From the NCBI GenBank assembly GCA_002104905.1, contig MCFE01000433.1, forward strand, positions 1 to 64,000: 64,000 nucleotides of DNA, read 5' to 3'. Positions 1 to 14,587 of this stretch are shown in pieces. A model generated the notes under the pieces. It was not told the DNA's origin and did not search any database. It saw only the letters and a list, made by a program, of their open reading frames with translations. A program made the position numbers and the translations under genes. Source of the stretch: Basidiobolus meristosporus CBS 931.73. Taxonomy: Eukaryota > Fungi > Basidiobolomycota. The stretch's first letter is position 1, and each line of letters opens with the position of its first letter.

Positions 1-3000
1 GCTGGTGCTTCTCAAAACGATTGAGTAGTGGTGGATCTTCCGAATATACTGCGTCTTTATCCATCACAACAATACATCGAAATCTCGGGTGTACGTAGCA
101 CATTGGATTGGAATATTCTCCCAAAGCTACCCTGGTGAAATATCTAAGGTCGTCTTTTTTGCCAATAGCTATATAGTTCTGATTCCATAGATCGTACAAG
201 CTTCCTGGAGACAGTGTAGTGGATGTTATATATGCATTTCAATGTAACAGACGGATGTAGGATAACTCACCGTACACTGCTTTTAGATTTGTTAGGACAA
301 CGGGCTGTCCCTGTTCAACGCACATCAAGACCTTATTCAGAATGCTGTACGCATAGTCACTTGTATTATCTTCAGGATATTGGCTACCCCACAACACTAC
401 TGCCTCCATGTCATAACTCTTAAGGTGATAATTCAAAATATCCACCACTGAATTTTTGTCGCCAATTAACATCAGATGTCGTGAATTGGAATCCTGGAGG
501 TTGGCATCGATGATTTCCAATATGTTGTGATCGCTGGTATCTCGCTTTTGGCCATTTGTATGACACATTGCCAATACATTTTCAAATTCATGATAAACTT
601 CTGAATTTCGACAAGGTGCGCCGCCAAAGTTTCGGAGCAACCCATTCTGCATTGCCTCTCGTGACAGCCCTTGCTTACCGAGCGTCTTTACCAATGAGTA
701 ATAGTCACGTAAGCCGTGAAAATTCTTGTTGCTCTGAGACTTTTGGTAGTGAATGAAGGCGTCGGTTAATCTTACAAAGAGCTCCTTGGGCGGTGGGTCG
801 GCATTCCTGTTTGCGGCTTCCTTCTGATAAATTTTGATGCCCACATCTGCCAATTCGATATGATTCATTGAGGGCCGCTGCACTAGCAACGCTCTGGACA
901 GTTTGCTAGGCAGAATTGATACAAATCAGCTATTACTTTGTCGTTGTCAAGACGTTGCATGGGTGAGTACCTGTTATCCAAACGCCAGTTGCTTATACCT
1001 ACTACAGCGATCTTTGGCTTGTTTCTGGGATAGGCAGGTTCAAGTAGGGAGTGTAGCACCTTCAGTGGATTAAAGGGACTAACCTCAGCCAATCCAACTG
1101 GCAATGGATTTCATTAATTCATGTAAACCTACCCTCAACATCAAAGCTTACCCTCGTCCAATAGCACGACTGATTTGATAGGATGTTGCTTCGAGCTCAT
1201 CTCTTGATACTTCGTTGCCTTTTGAAACACTTTTAGTAGACCCGCAGACGTGGACGTAGTGGAACCTTGATATGGTACTATGTACACCTAAAGATTCTCT
1301 GCCGGTTAGAAAAATACAAAGATTCATTGAACTTTTCATTCACTTACTTGAGGCAGTGTGCGAAATATGGGTCGTTAGAGTCAGCACCTCGCAGATTTTG
1401 ATTGATTAACTTCAAGGCTAAGGACTTGGAACTTCCAGGAGCCCCAACTACAAAGATTGGAATGTTGGTTAAAATGCATGCAATAGTAGCGAGCATATTT
1501 TCCAGCAGTGCTTCACTAGGTGCGACATCATCACCACATATCATTCGGTTGAAATAGTCGATGGCATCATGATGAAATATCTCCAGAATCCCCTGAGTAG
1601 TGATTGGATTCTTGAACTTGGCAAATATATTCCCAAGGTTTTCCCGATATTTCCTTCGATCTTCATGACGATACAACCTACACTGATAAGAGACAACTAG
1701 TGCAAGGACCATAGAGCGCTGCGGGATATCGTCTGCTTGCGGATACGAAGCCCTCTTGGTTTTTAGGGCTGCCCTACTTTCAAGACTCTGGCGAAAGAAT
1801 CTTGCAAGTTCGATGGCTCGTTTAATATCTCGTAAGCTGACACTATGCTCCCCATCGATACTACGTATGTGTTCCTGAGACATGCATAGCATTTCTGCAA
1901 ACATTTGGGATTCAGCAAAATTCGACATAGAATGCGTGACCATATGTTGAGTGTATAGGTTTTCATCCAAAGGACTCAATACGCCGTAATCCCATATATA
2001 GTCTAGCAACGCCTCTGGGACGGGATGGACTTGATAGACCAACTTGCTTTGTTCTTCATAAAAATACTCCTTTGATGCGTAAGCATCGGCTGCGTCTGTT
2101 GGGATCTTACGGAGTCGATACGGATTGCAAGCAGCAAAGAATCTTAGATTGTCACTTAGCGATTGCCCATACAGCGAGCGATCGGTAATAATAGACGTTA
2201 ATAGGCCCATATGATTACAAGTATTAATTTCATCGAAGAACACCCACAGGGGGCCTGTTCTCGCAAGGGAATTTGCATTCTCAACAAAAGCTTTGGATTT
2301 CCCCTTCACTAACACCTGCATGGAGATTGAGGATTTGTAATTTAGCCTCCATCATAGAGGCGAGAAAGCCGATTAAGCTGCTCTAAAGTACCTTAAGATA
2401 AGATATTAATGAACCTGTGTGCTATTCTGGAAAACAATACCTTGCCACACCCAGCCTCGCCCCGGATGATAATGGGTATATTTGCATGAATACGCAAGAG
2501 CATTAGGACCATTTTTAGCACATTGTCTGCACTCAAGACATATGGTCTTTCAGGTCTCCATTCCGATAGGTTTGTCCTAACAAGTGATTGTAGCAACGCC
2601 ATCAGATTTTCTTGACTCATCTCATTGTAGTCGGGGAGATGGAACCGCGATCTTCCAAAGTGCTGACTCTCCAGTAGATTAATTACGCTTCTAGGTACTA
2701 AATCCCTGTTCCTATAGAGTGCGCATATCGATCCAGGGCTCTGGCTTAAGAAACTAATGATCAAGTGATTGGAATCACGATCTCTGAGATTTGATCAGCT
2801 GAAGGCGGCGTATTTTTCGTACTTCGCAAGCATCTCGATGCGAATTCTCTAGCAACACCAACTAGTTCCATCAGGAGCGTGACACGAATATCTTTTCGGA
2901 CCACCATAAATGCCAGGTTCTCTATGCTAAAGAAGGGGCTCTCAGTCAGATGTTGCAACTGTTTGCCAAGCACCGATATGAACATGTCAATGAATCGGAA

Positions 3001-6000
3001 TGTTCCAGTGTCTGTGTTACTCGTGAGCAAGCAGTACTTGTTTATTAGCTGCCTGCAGAGGAATCTTCTAGCCTCATATTTTCCTGAAGATTCCGAGTAT
3101 CGATACGTGTTGTTTTCGTTGGCATTGAGGTACTTGCACACAAGCTGGGTATAACTGTTTCTATCGACATCAAAATTACTGATATCAAATGCAACTTGTA
3201 ACTGATTCAGATAGGTTGCGAATGGCAGCATATCTCCAAAATCTGAAGAAAATTCTATGATATCTCTCCTGAAGGCAAGATAAGCGTTTCCGACTCCGAG
3301 CGTATTACACGAGTGGTACGCATTCGAAAGAACAAATGATCTCTTCGAGTTTGATATGGCGATATTAAGTGCAGAGCCCGTTATGAGTTAGAGAGCATTC
3401 CGGAGGTGCTTGATAAGGCTGGGGTATGTCGAGTCCCCGCTGATCATATTGTATGTTTCCTATTTTCACCGCAAATCTGATTGATTCTGGTGGTTTTCCC
3501 TTGACCCGAGTGAGCAGAAGTAACACACGTAACGTTTCGGAAATCTGAGTAAATTCTTTTCATCGACTTGTCAGCTAAGCCGCTGGAACGGACAACCAAC
3601 GAGGCAAACTGATCCAGGATATGGTGATTCTCGTTTTCGGATTGGCAGCATATCAATGCAAGCATGTAATCGCACAGAGTCCGGTGTTCTTGAATCATCT
3701 TGACCAAATAGTATTGGGTCTCACTAGATAGGATATCGACACCTGCAACGCAGAACAGCTTTGAACTGTGCCCTGCTGTTGATGCAAAAAAGGCTCTCGT
3801 TAGGAAACATCGGATCTCTTCTTCTGTAGTGCTGGAGCGGCAAATCATTATTTGCCATGGCTGTGGATACTGTTTACAGTTCACAAACAGCGATATTACG
3901 ATGTTTGGTATTAGGTATCGGCTGGCGCAGGCAACTACGAACAACTTTCCCGGCTGAACAATATCCAGTGTAGACTGTGGCAGTTGCGGGAATGTTGTAT
4001 GGACGGTTTTCGGAAGGTCGTCAAGGACATCCCTCAAACGACTCCCAATATACGAAAGGATAATTGAGTAATTTTCAGCCACGAGGGGTGCATGATCGAA
4101 AGATGGCGATGGCAATACTGCTTTCGGGTGGTAGAATCGAAGTAGATCGTGGCATTTAGTCGGAATATCAGCATCGCCTGGGTAACAATTTGATTCTGGA
4201 TAGAAGTACTGGTAAAAGATCAGGAAATCGCGTGGATTGTAGAATGTCAGGTAATAGTTTTCTCGCTGCGCATCACCGATGATAAACAACAGATCTTGCA
4301 AATCCTCCTTGAGTTCCGTAGCCAGGGCCACCAACTCGGACTTTCTGACAGCTTTCCGGACGAAATTGATATACTTCAGGTGGCCCAGTCGGATCAGCTT
4401 GGTAGCAATTGGTATCATGCCCTGTATAGTATCCACGATCTGCACAAACTCGTGCATGATGTCCGCCATATGCTCCTCGTCTTTTTCAGCTCCCAGCGAT
4501 AAGGACTTCGCTTCTGACATGGCGGACCTGGCATACAGTCTTGCCCTTCCACAAAGATCTTGAAGCTCAGCAAGTGACGTCTGCTTAGATTCTCCGCGGT
4601 AATTCAGCAAAACATCCACCCTTTCTTGGAAGACAAAGTCGTACGTCCCACGCTTAACAGCATTGGCTATTTTATCCTTCGTAGCTTCTCCACGATTTGC
4701 GATATTGTTGTATAGATTTTGAAGGGCAACATTGTTAGCCGCGCAGAGACTAATTCTTGAATGTAGCACCGGATTGTCCCTGGCAATTTCTTGGAGCATA
4801 TTGAGAAGTGGGGCCTCCCTCCAGGTATGGATTGCTTGAAGAACCGGTTTTAGTGATCTTTGGACTTCGATCATGGAAAAGATTGTTTCCTCCTGGATCA
4901 CACGCGCATCATCATAATCATCTACCCCGTTGATTATATTCCGCAAGTCATTCTCGACTACAGCAGTCAGGAATTGAAGAAAATCCTTCCCGGATACCAT
5001 CTCTTGCAACAGTTTCCAAAACCGGCGATCGTAGGAATTGAGGAGTTGCTGAATTCTTCCGAGTGCTTGCTGGTAGCTTCCCAAGGTATGCTCTGGTGAC
5101 TTCAGGTTGGTCAATATATCCTCGGTTGCAACCGATGAGGTGTAGCATTCTGGAGCACCATAGATTGCTTTGATTTCTTGAACCAGCATTACACGAGAGA
5201 TCCAGAGGGGGCGATCAATGAAGGACTTTACGGCAGACAGCATGTCCTTGAAGTCGTCTCTGCTCTCTTCCCTCAGGAATCGCAACTCCTTCTCCGCATC
5301 CTTTACGGGCACTCGTTCCCATACTTGTTCGATTTCTTTCAGGGAGATTTTTTGCCAATCATCATAGAGCTTGGCATGCTGAGAATATGCTTGAATAGCG
5401 GCAGGAAAAAAGGTGGCTGCTATATCCGCAACCAGTAGCATATCTTTTTTTGAGGACATGGATTTTAGTATATTTGTAAAAGTCCCTGCTTCATAGTATT
5501 TGGTCGCTACGTCAGCACACTTCAAGATATGCTTGTAATCGTCCCAGAAACAAGCACTTGAAATAGATGATAGTTTAGAGGCATCTATCGACTTCTCCAT
5601 GTCTTTTAACTGGCACAGCACCTCGCCAGCATCCATAGCATTAGTCGAAACACACACCCCGAGAAATCTGTTTAAGGTGCGCATCCGAGTTCTTGCGAGC
5701 CTACATTCCCTATAAAAATTTGCGAGCTCCTCTGTTGAGAGAGTGCATACGGGGAGATGAAGGATTTCTTGAGCGGCTTTCATAATCGGGATGATGTCGT
5801 GTTGCGGCAGAGCTTGCAGTTGTTCTATAGCCATTACAGATACTTCCCCCTCGGAGATGAGCTCTGTGCCAGTATGTATGATCTGTGCAACCCGCAATAA
5901 ACGGTGATTACCTCGCAACGTTTCACTGGATTTGGATATGCTGAGCAGAGCACGCCAAAAGGCTCCTTCCCTCAGGACCTCAATAAGACTCTTCTCAATC

Positions 6001-8311
6001 TTAGAACTGTGTGAATCGATTGTAATAGGCAGGTCAACGAGTTGAAGAATATCAACTAGCATAGCCTCTGTCAAACTAAACAAGCAAGCAACCTGGTCAA
6101 TGTCCTGTTGTTAAATTTCGGCAAAATGACAAACCAAACCTGTTTGTGACTAGTGGTGTTCTCCTTTCATACAAGGGACATAGTAGAGTAATCACATCAA
6201 GTAGATGGTTTCTCGGAACCAGCGTTAGTTTACGGTGCAGAACTTGTTGGACAGCCAATGCAACGTCGGTTGGGACACTAATGCTCCCCATTGACTGCAC
6301 TGAGGCGAACACTATATCGTAGCTCGTTCGCTGTACGTATCCGTCGAATATCATCAGAACTTCGTGAGTAATCTCCAATCGATCACATAACAGCCAAATC
6401 TGTGCAAGAGTACTATACATACTCCCCACGACATTTGGGTGCTCGTCTGCCTGCCTCGAAGTGAAAGACTTCTCTATGTGATATTGGCATACACGGTTGT
6501 ACCAGTCCGCACACACAAGAGCCAATTCTTTCTGAAGCCCACTACAGCTGCTTCTGGTGACATATAGCAAGGCCACCTCGGGAAACAGCTTGAATATTGC
6601 TTCAGTCTTAGCAGCAGCGATTTTTGGTATGACTTGGAATAGGTGCTGATTCGCTTTGTAAATAGAGCTATGAAACAAAACTCGAGAGACCGTTTCTGAA
6701 CTGATATCTTGGTACGTAGCTGTGGTGATTAACTTCACGAAACGGACCTGCAAGAAACCCAAAATAGATCCTTCTAAGCCACTTGGTATATTTTCCGAGA
6801 ATAACAGGATCTGATCGAATGATGCCTTGCTCACGTGAACTTGAACCTGGAATAGATATCGTTCTTGGGCTGACTGGCAACAGGTATCCAAAACCAATTC
6901 TTCCCAGATTCGCCTTAGAATACAAGGATTGCTACAGAGCTTTGCTAGTGCCTAAAGGAGGTAATTAGTATACGGCGCACTTTTTTAGTGTATCACCAAC
7001 CTCTATCACATCGCCACCCGTAAGTGCGTGACCCTTTAGATACCGGTCTGCATATGCAATTAACTTGTTGAAGTAGTCTTCGTTGGCCTGGTTTTCCTTG
7101 CAGTACTCCAGGGTAGAAAGAAACGATATACCTGGATCGACATCATCAGCGATCGTAAAGAGAATCATCCAGTCCAATGCTCCAACAACTCTAGAGTTGT
7201 GATAGGCGAGAAATTGGCAAACAGTGGGCAGATGGGCAATCAGATAGCTTGGGAATGCCAACTTGTCCATAGTCGTCAGCGCACGAAGCAATTTTCCCGA
7301 ATCAAATTCGATATGCGGTTGGGAGTGAGCCCACTCCATATTCGGACAGATGACCAGGAGAAGGCCCAGAAGGAAATACAGGCCTTCCTCACAGACTTCT
7401 TCGACCCTGCTCACAACAAATTCCATCCCGTTCTTCTTGCCAAGGTTTTTTGCGCTGGAGTCGAATATCTGGTTACAATTAGATATGGCGACCGTGAGCG
7501 AGAGCTGGCCAGATGTGTACGACTCATAGATTCTCGCTATGTAAGGGAGTATATTCTTTGGACTGCGGAAATGAATCCTACTATTTCCATACCATATATC
7601 ATGGGGGTATGGATTTACGCCAAGTTTACGATTGTCTCGCTCTGAGCAACCCTCATAAATTGTATCCTTTCCTAAAATGAACTCTTTGAATCTGTTGCGC
7701 TCTTTGAATGCCACATACTTGTACTCGATAGTCTGCGAGAGATCAATCTCCACTGGGCTTGACTTCCAAAAGCAGCCATCTTGCTTTTGAAGTGGCACTA
7801 CGGGCCTTTTCCATTGACCGAGCTCCTCGATATTTCCTGTCACAAAGATCTTATACTCCTTGTACTCGCGATTCAAGCAAGGGGGCGTCAGCAGATTGAA
7901 GATAACTCTACAGGTGTGTCGGGGATTTTGGCCATCATGAGACTTTTCTGCAGCAGGCGCCCCTGCCAACTGAGCATTTTTGACATTGCTGCTAGATGAA
8001 AACCCGTTTCCAGGTGTATCCACCTCTTCCACAGTTTTGTATCTCTTATCTTCTGCATTCTGGCCTACCCCTACTCCACCCTTCAATACACCCTGATGTT
8101 GAGAAGTCCCGCCAATCTGGCATGGGGTCGACGAGTTGGGTACCAAATCGAACGCTTGTTCCTGATGCTCAATTGATTCATGCAATACACAAGTGGGGGA
8201 GTTTGCTGGTGGACTTTCACTCCTGTCTGTGTTGCTATTCACATCGTGCGGGTGAGAGTGTTTTTTTAGTTTCCAATCTTTGCGGACGGTCTGTTTTCTA
8301 GTGGGCTTCAT
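1..8311 (-). CDS. RNF213: RNF213/mysterin-like giant AAA+ ATPase (putative E3 ligase), 5' ~2600 codons; 3' end lies beyond the left edge; contains several frameshifts in the current sequence
   Basis: Hand-spliced exons (minus strand): 8311-7001, 6951-6140, 6075-2441, 2382-1348, 1287-1152, 1097-971, 905-271, 204-<1, all GT-AG. RNF213-type motifs appear in order: SAHSGQGKT, IIRGEAGCGKS with WVFFDEINT and FFAACNPYR, VVGAPGSSKS with VVLLDEVGLAEVSPFNPLKVLHSLLE and VGISNWRLD, LRDYYSLVK, RHLMLI, GSLYDLWNQNY, PLLNRFEKH. Frame breaks near 3447, 3240-3390, 2778, 2290 and 1364. Confidence 0.9.
7583..7912 (-). other. CBM20 (starch/glycan-binding)-like domain at the N-terminus of the RNF213-like protein
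   Basis: Translation RVIFNL...KIFVTGNIEELGQWK...VPLQKQDGCFWKS...IEYKYV...YEG...DNRKL...HDIW matches the CBM20 pattern (V.G....LG.W, W, EYKY, E...NR). Boundaries are approximate. Confidence 0.75.
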
Positions 8312-10069
8312 ATATTATTGATATGGCTCGCAGGATGCTGAAGCTTGTAGATTCGCTAAATCTAGCGTAAGAGCAGGTAGAAGAGCCTTATATAGGCCAC
8401 GGCATCTCGTATGGAAACAGCAGTCAGATGGAAAGCTGGTTGGATTCTGATTGGCCGTTAGACGGAATACTTCGTTCGTACTACGTCAGTATCCAGGTAG
8501 AGCATGGCATACATGGGATAACTTGATTAGGCCACGCACCGGTTTTGGTGAGTCAAATTCAGATACAACCTGAGATTTGATATATTGGAAACCAGGATGT
8601 AGGTCCTTAAATGGAGACGTTTAAGGTAATCTCCAAGTTTAAAGAACGAAGGTATGAAACGGCGCGGTTCCATTCCGCAGATTACGATTCAGAATTGCGC
8701 TATAGTACTGTCGTTGGTATGGCATGGTGACCGTTGACTGTTTCATCTCTCATTTGGCACAGTTTAATGTTCATTGTGATCATGGAAGTCATTTATCAGA
8801 TCAACCTCCTACTTGATATTATGAGTGGTGCAACACAGCATCTCATAAACGTCAGTATTCCTTGCGTCCAAATTCAGGTAGATTCTTGTTTCTGCACTTC
8901 ATTTCATGTGATAGAGTGGATCTTCCAGTGAGCATGTATCACATGATTGCTCAGATCTGGCTAACCATTTGGGTTTCTATGTTCAGAGAGCACACACTCA
9001 AGCCTTGGACTTGTTGTACACTAATGTAGCATTCCATAGACGTTATAGTTGAGGTTGCGTCCATACCTCTACTGATACTAAAGCCTGACCTTCCGTCATT
9101 CAGTAATTACTGGTTCCATGATTTCCAAATGTCAACTTCATTGCTGGATGTCAAAATCATGTCATGTTTACCTTTGGGCAGATGGTATCGTATCCGTGAA
9201 CTCACTCTAGTGTGAAGAACTAGGCATTTTTAGGATCGCCCAAGTCAGCCCCAACCGAAACTCCTCGTTGTATCATTTCCCTATTTTGCATAGACATGTG
9301 GTAGTTCAATCCCTGGCTGCGACTTTAGCCTTGGAATATTTGTGTGGTTTCTGCGGAGATTCCTACCATGCTCCTATGTTGGCATGATAGTATTCCACCT
9401 CGCCTACTGCCAGAAATACTGGATTTGCCCGGAACTTATGAGAAAGCCAGTGGCCAGGATATTGCGTCTGGAATGGGTAAGATAACAGTTCTCATATAGC
9501 CTTCTAATCGCTTTTCTAATTTACATCACCGCCAGGTCCCAATTCCATTTTTTTCACTGTCAATCAACGAACGCCAAATTTCTCCTCCATAATGCCTGGA
9601 CCATTCCACTCGCACTCGGCCAGCGCCAGAAACGGATCGTGCCATAAATCTCAGGACCTACACCTGCCGCAGGCGCTAAATAATGCCCGATTTACACTGT
9701 TTGCCTAAACTTCGGTGGCGATTTCAATTTGGTGATAAACCCTCTACTCAACCATGGCGCACCCATTCATCTCAATGCCGTATCTCCATCCCCGTTTAAT
9801 CGGCGCTCATCTAGCTAGAGGGTATGATTTGTGTGGCTTTCGAAATGGCCGAAGCTTATCCAATGATGGAGTGGCGTTGAATGTGATTGGAGTGAAATCT
9901 CATTACTTGGTAATAAATGCAGATGATCGAAAACATAATTCCAGCCTAGACCGCCTCCAGATCTTAATAAAGCTATAATTTCAGGTCAATAAAAAGGAGA
10001 CTCGTACCATATCACAGAAAATACGAAGTCTGTTAGCGTTTAGTTGAGTTCACCCATTAGCTCAATAAC

Positions 10070-10950
10070 ATGGTTACCTTCTACAATGAAATCAGCAACA
10101 GCCATCAAAACTGGATAAAGAAACAAAAGATCTATTTCGTCGCCAGTGCTCCATTAGCTTCTGATGGCCACGTGAATGTTTCCCCGAAGGTATAGTGAAA
10201 ACTGAATCGAACTGGACGTTCGTAAACGGCCTTCTGCTTCGTGTGCCATGAGCTAACCGTGGTTCTTGTTAGGGATACGATAGTTTCCGTGTAATTACCC
10301 CGAATAAGGTCTGCTACTTGGAACTTTCAGGTATAGTGACTCATTCTAGCTTTCCTTTTCTTTTTCCCTCGCCTCCGATGCCTGCGTTTTTACTTCGGTT
10401 TTTTGCGCAGACTATCTCACTCGTTAAATGTTTTGTAGGTTCGGGTATCGAGACACAAAGTCACGTCAATGAGAACCAGAGATTGACATTTATGTTTACG
10501 GCCTTTGAGGGTGCACCAAGAGTATTGCGACTCTGGTCGTTGGCCAAGGTGCACCTCATTGGCACACCTGAATTCGAAGCCCTCCTCAAAGCGCACTTTG
10601 CAGATAGTGAACTTGCTGGAAAAAAAGGACTTCGGTCCATTGTGGTTGCTGAAGTATTCAAAGTTGGAACCAGCTGCGGTTTTGGAGTGCCTTTCTTTGA
10701 TTACAAAGAGCCCCGAAACACACTGATCGATTATTGGGGGAAGCGTTCAAATGAAGAGATCAGAAAATACTGGGTGGAGCATAACTCTACGAGCATTGAT
10801 GGATTGCCTGGTATCCAGCTTGACGGTAACTCGTCCGGTAAAAGGCGTCGTCATATCAAATTAGCAAAGGACTACGGTAGCCTTATGGCCGCCTTCAGTG
10901 CTGGTGTGGCAGCGACTTTGATTGCTGTTAAATATTTTGGCAGCCGCTGA
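10070..10950 (+). CDS. Pyridoxamine 5'-phosphate oxidase-like FMN-binding split-barrel protein with C-terminal hydrophobic tail
   Basis: Exons 10070-10189, 10273-10330, 10439-10950 give MVTFYNEI...KQKIYFVASAPLASDGHVNVSPKG|YDSFRV...YLELSGSGIETQSHVNENQRLTFMFTAFEGAPRVLRLW...VGTSCGFGVPFFDY, the typical signature of this family. Confidence 0.88.
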
Positions 10951-11893
10951 GCATGGTCAAGATAGTGAGCACTAGCTGGCATACATATGAATTATTAAAG
11001 TGTTTCGAGCAATAACTAGCTATATCGCTTTCTAGGCTGATCATTTTCTACCGGTGCCAGTCTGGTTATCAATGGAATAAGCGTACCTTCACTGTCAAAT
11101 CAATGGCATCTCAGTATCGTGCAAATGGTGTATGAATCAACACTCTGGCTCAGCAATTTTGCAGTCCCTAATGCACGTGGGATCATCAGGTATGCACCAT
11201 TTGCTCTTGACGGACGAGGTGGGCAGCCATTTGGCCTTTTTCAAGATAATAGTACAGCGACGTTGACATCTATGCTATCATGATATTTGGAAGTCTCTAC
11301 CATCGACGCCTTGATGCACATTGGATTGGGAACGGAGTTACGAACAGCTTTTCCGCGGATTCGGTGGGAATGGGAGCAAAGGTGCCTTCAGAGATATCCC
11401 CGGTGGCTTGGTGTATACCGTGAACCGAAAGAGGCTTTCAATGAAGATACATCCTGCCTATAGCAATATAGAAAATCACGTTTGCGTCTTTGTACTGCAC
11501 TGTTAGTGGTAGAGAATTATGCGAAAAGTATGCAGTGGTCTGCTGAAATCTTAGTGCTTCATTCTTCACAGCCAAGTTTCAACCAAAGTGCTTGAAATTT
11601 TGTGGCAATCAGAGAGAGCGTCTTTAAGAGATCCGAAACAAACTATGCTGGTTTCCAAATCTGGGATTGAAGGCCACCCTCTAAAGCACATGTATATTGC
11701 ATAAAGCAGCTTCAATCTCTCGATCCAACCATCATCCTCCCAGTGGATCTGCATTTGCTTATATCAGTGTTGACTTGATTGGTGCTAGAAGTGCACTACA
11801 ACAAAATACACGGACACTGTTTCTTCTTCTCTGTCGAACTTGCCTTCGACTTTATGAAGTAACAAGCTCATTAATTGATACGCTGCCGTTAAC

Positions 11894-12873
<980 letters not shown>

Positions 12874-14587
12874 CGCGCCATCCACAACCCCATCTGTTGA
12901 GTGATTAGAGTGATTGCCAGGGCTGTATTCTGTATTGTACGAATCAACGATGCCTCGCCTGTATTCGCCGGAGGCTTCGCTTGAATGCTACTATACTTCA
13001 TTGTGATTAAACCTTTGTTTGGCACCCCCAGTACGTGCAGCCATCTCCGGCCTCCCTTGATGTCCAGGCCATTTCAGTCATATCTTCTACCATTTTTCAT
13101 ATGACAAGTTAGGAACGCATTATCCTGCAAACCCTTCCTCTCTAGTAGTCATTTCCGACCATGTGTTTGTGACTTGAGGGCGACACAAATTCGAGAGTCC
13201 GGCTGGCTGCGAGTGAAAAGTCTAATCGTGCGGAAGGGTGAAGAGATCAATTGGATACTCATTTCTAAATACAGAACAAGTCAACCCGAAGATCCTGATA
13301 GCACCATCGCTTTGCCGAACAATCTACCCACCCCATTGGAGGCTCACCCGGTAGAATAGATGTTACTCAAGCAACGATGGGATCTCCTGTGCAAGAGAAG
13401 CATGTCCATCGACCAACCGCGACTGACAGTTGCACCACAGTCACAAACAAGGCCTCTTTGTGGCATCTACAGGATCAGCAGGATGTATAGATGCAACCCC
13501 ACCAAATTGCATTCCTAAACCGAATTAATGGTAGCTTCAAGCTGGCTGCACTGATGAGACAGAGGTGTGTCATGGATCCCCCGTTCTGGAGGTATAACCG
13601 TAGCAGGTTACGATTAGCGATGCACACGTACTTTCGAGTCTCACATTGGAGTGCAGCACCGCGCATAGCAGGTTCGCTCTCCTAAGACCGGTTGATTAAT
13701 TGATGTAACAAACATGATGCCTCAGCCTCAACAGATCCAAAACCTGAGGAATCCATTGGATACACGATTGTATCCGGGGATCCCAGGAACGCTCACCGTT
13801 ATCTTCAGCCTGCCATAAGCATGAGCAACGATTGGCATAGGGTAGATTGCAGTGAGCCTTCACATGGACGAGAGCCAGGTTGCAGACAATGACAGAGTCC
13901 AGATACTCGTGCATGACCAACGTAAGAGCCGAAACACCGCTGCATGTGCGGTGCAGTGAAGCCTCGCAAGCAATGCATCCCCATACTAATAGTCACATTG
14001 CTCGATCAGATGGGAATCTTCTTGGTTGTGTCATGTGGATCTGAAGACTGCGCGCTAATCTCGATGCATGCAGAACATAGCCATTCATTTGTATCATGAT
14101 ATATTAAGTGCCATGTTACGCACCCAATGTATTCTACCAAAGCCCCTTATCTAATCTGACAAATGCTCATGAGGCCATCAGTATTTACGTAAGCCAGCTG
14201 CATTCCCTACTCAGTCCTGGCCGTGAATGCAACAGTTGGAATATCGGCTCCAACAGCGATCCCCAGTTTGGGCCATCTCTTGCCTAGATCGATTTCTCTC
14301 TGGCTACTCGCCAAGAATCACCATTATCCGATCTGCAGCAGCTATGAAAAGGAAAATCACTGCATCTTACTAAAATGGGCGGTCGGCGACGATCAAGGTA
14401 GAGGCTCAGTGGAGGACTCTGGCCATGGTCGCTCAGGATGGGTGAATATTAAAGCAACTGGCGATGTTTATTCAGCAAAGTGGCCGTGTATTGGCCAGGA
14501 CCTCCGATGAGCATCCAATGATTAGACCACCCAAACGGATACGATATTAGGTGGAAAACAGTGATTAATTCTCGTAGAAAGAGGCTT

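Noticed and set aside
3388-3390. In-frame TAA in the RNF213-like gene as programmed readthrough or recoding
   Set aside because: It lies among several neighbouring 1-bp frame slips. Restoring those removes the need for readthrough.
9295-9325. tRNA B-box-like GTAGTTCAATCCC
   Set aside because: No A-box at the right spacing and no cloverleaf stems; not a tRNA gene.
10318-10438. N-terminal extension of the ORF-track 210-aa protein (and similar read-through in ORFs 11962-12429, 24930-25316, 29648-30166)
   Set aside because: These are introns or 5' regions that happen to be open. Spliced models fit the family consensus better.
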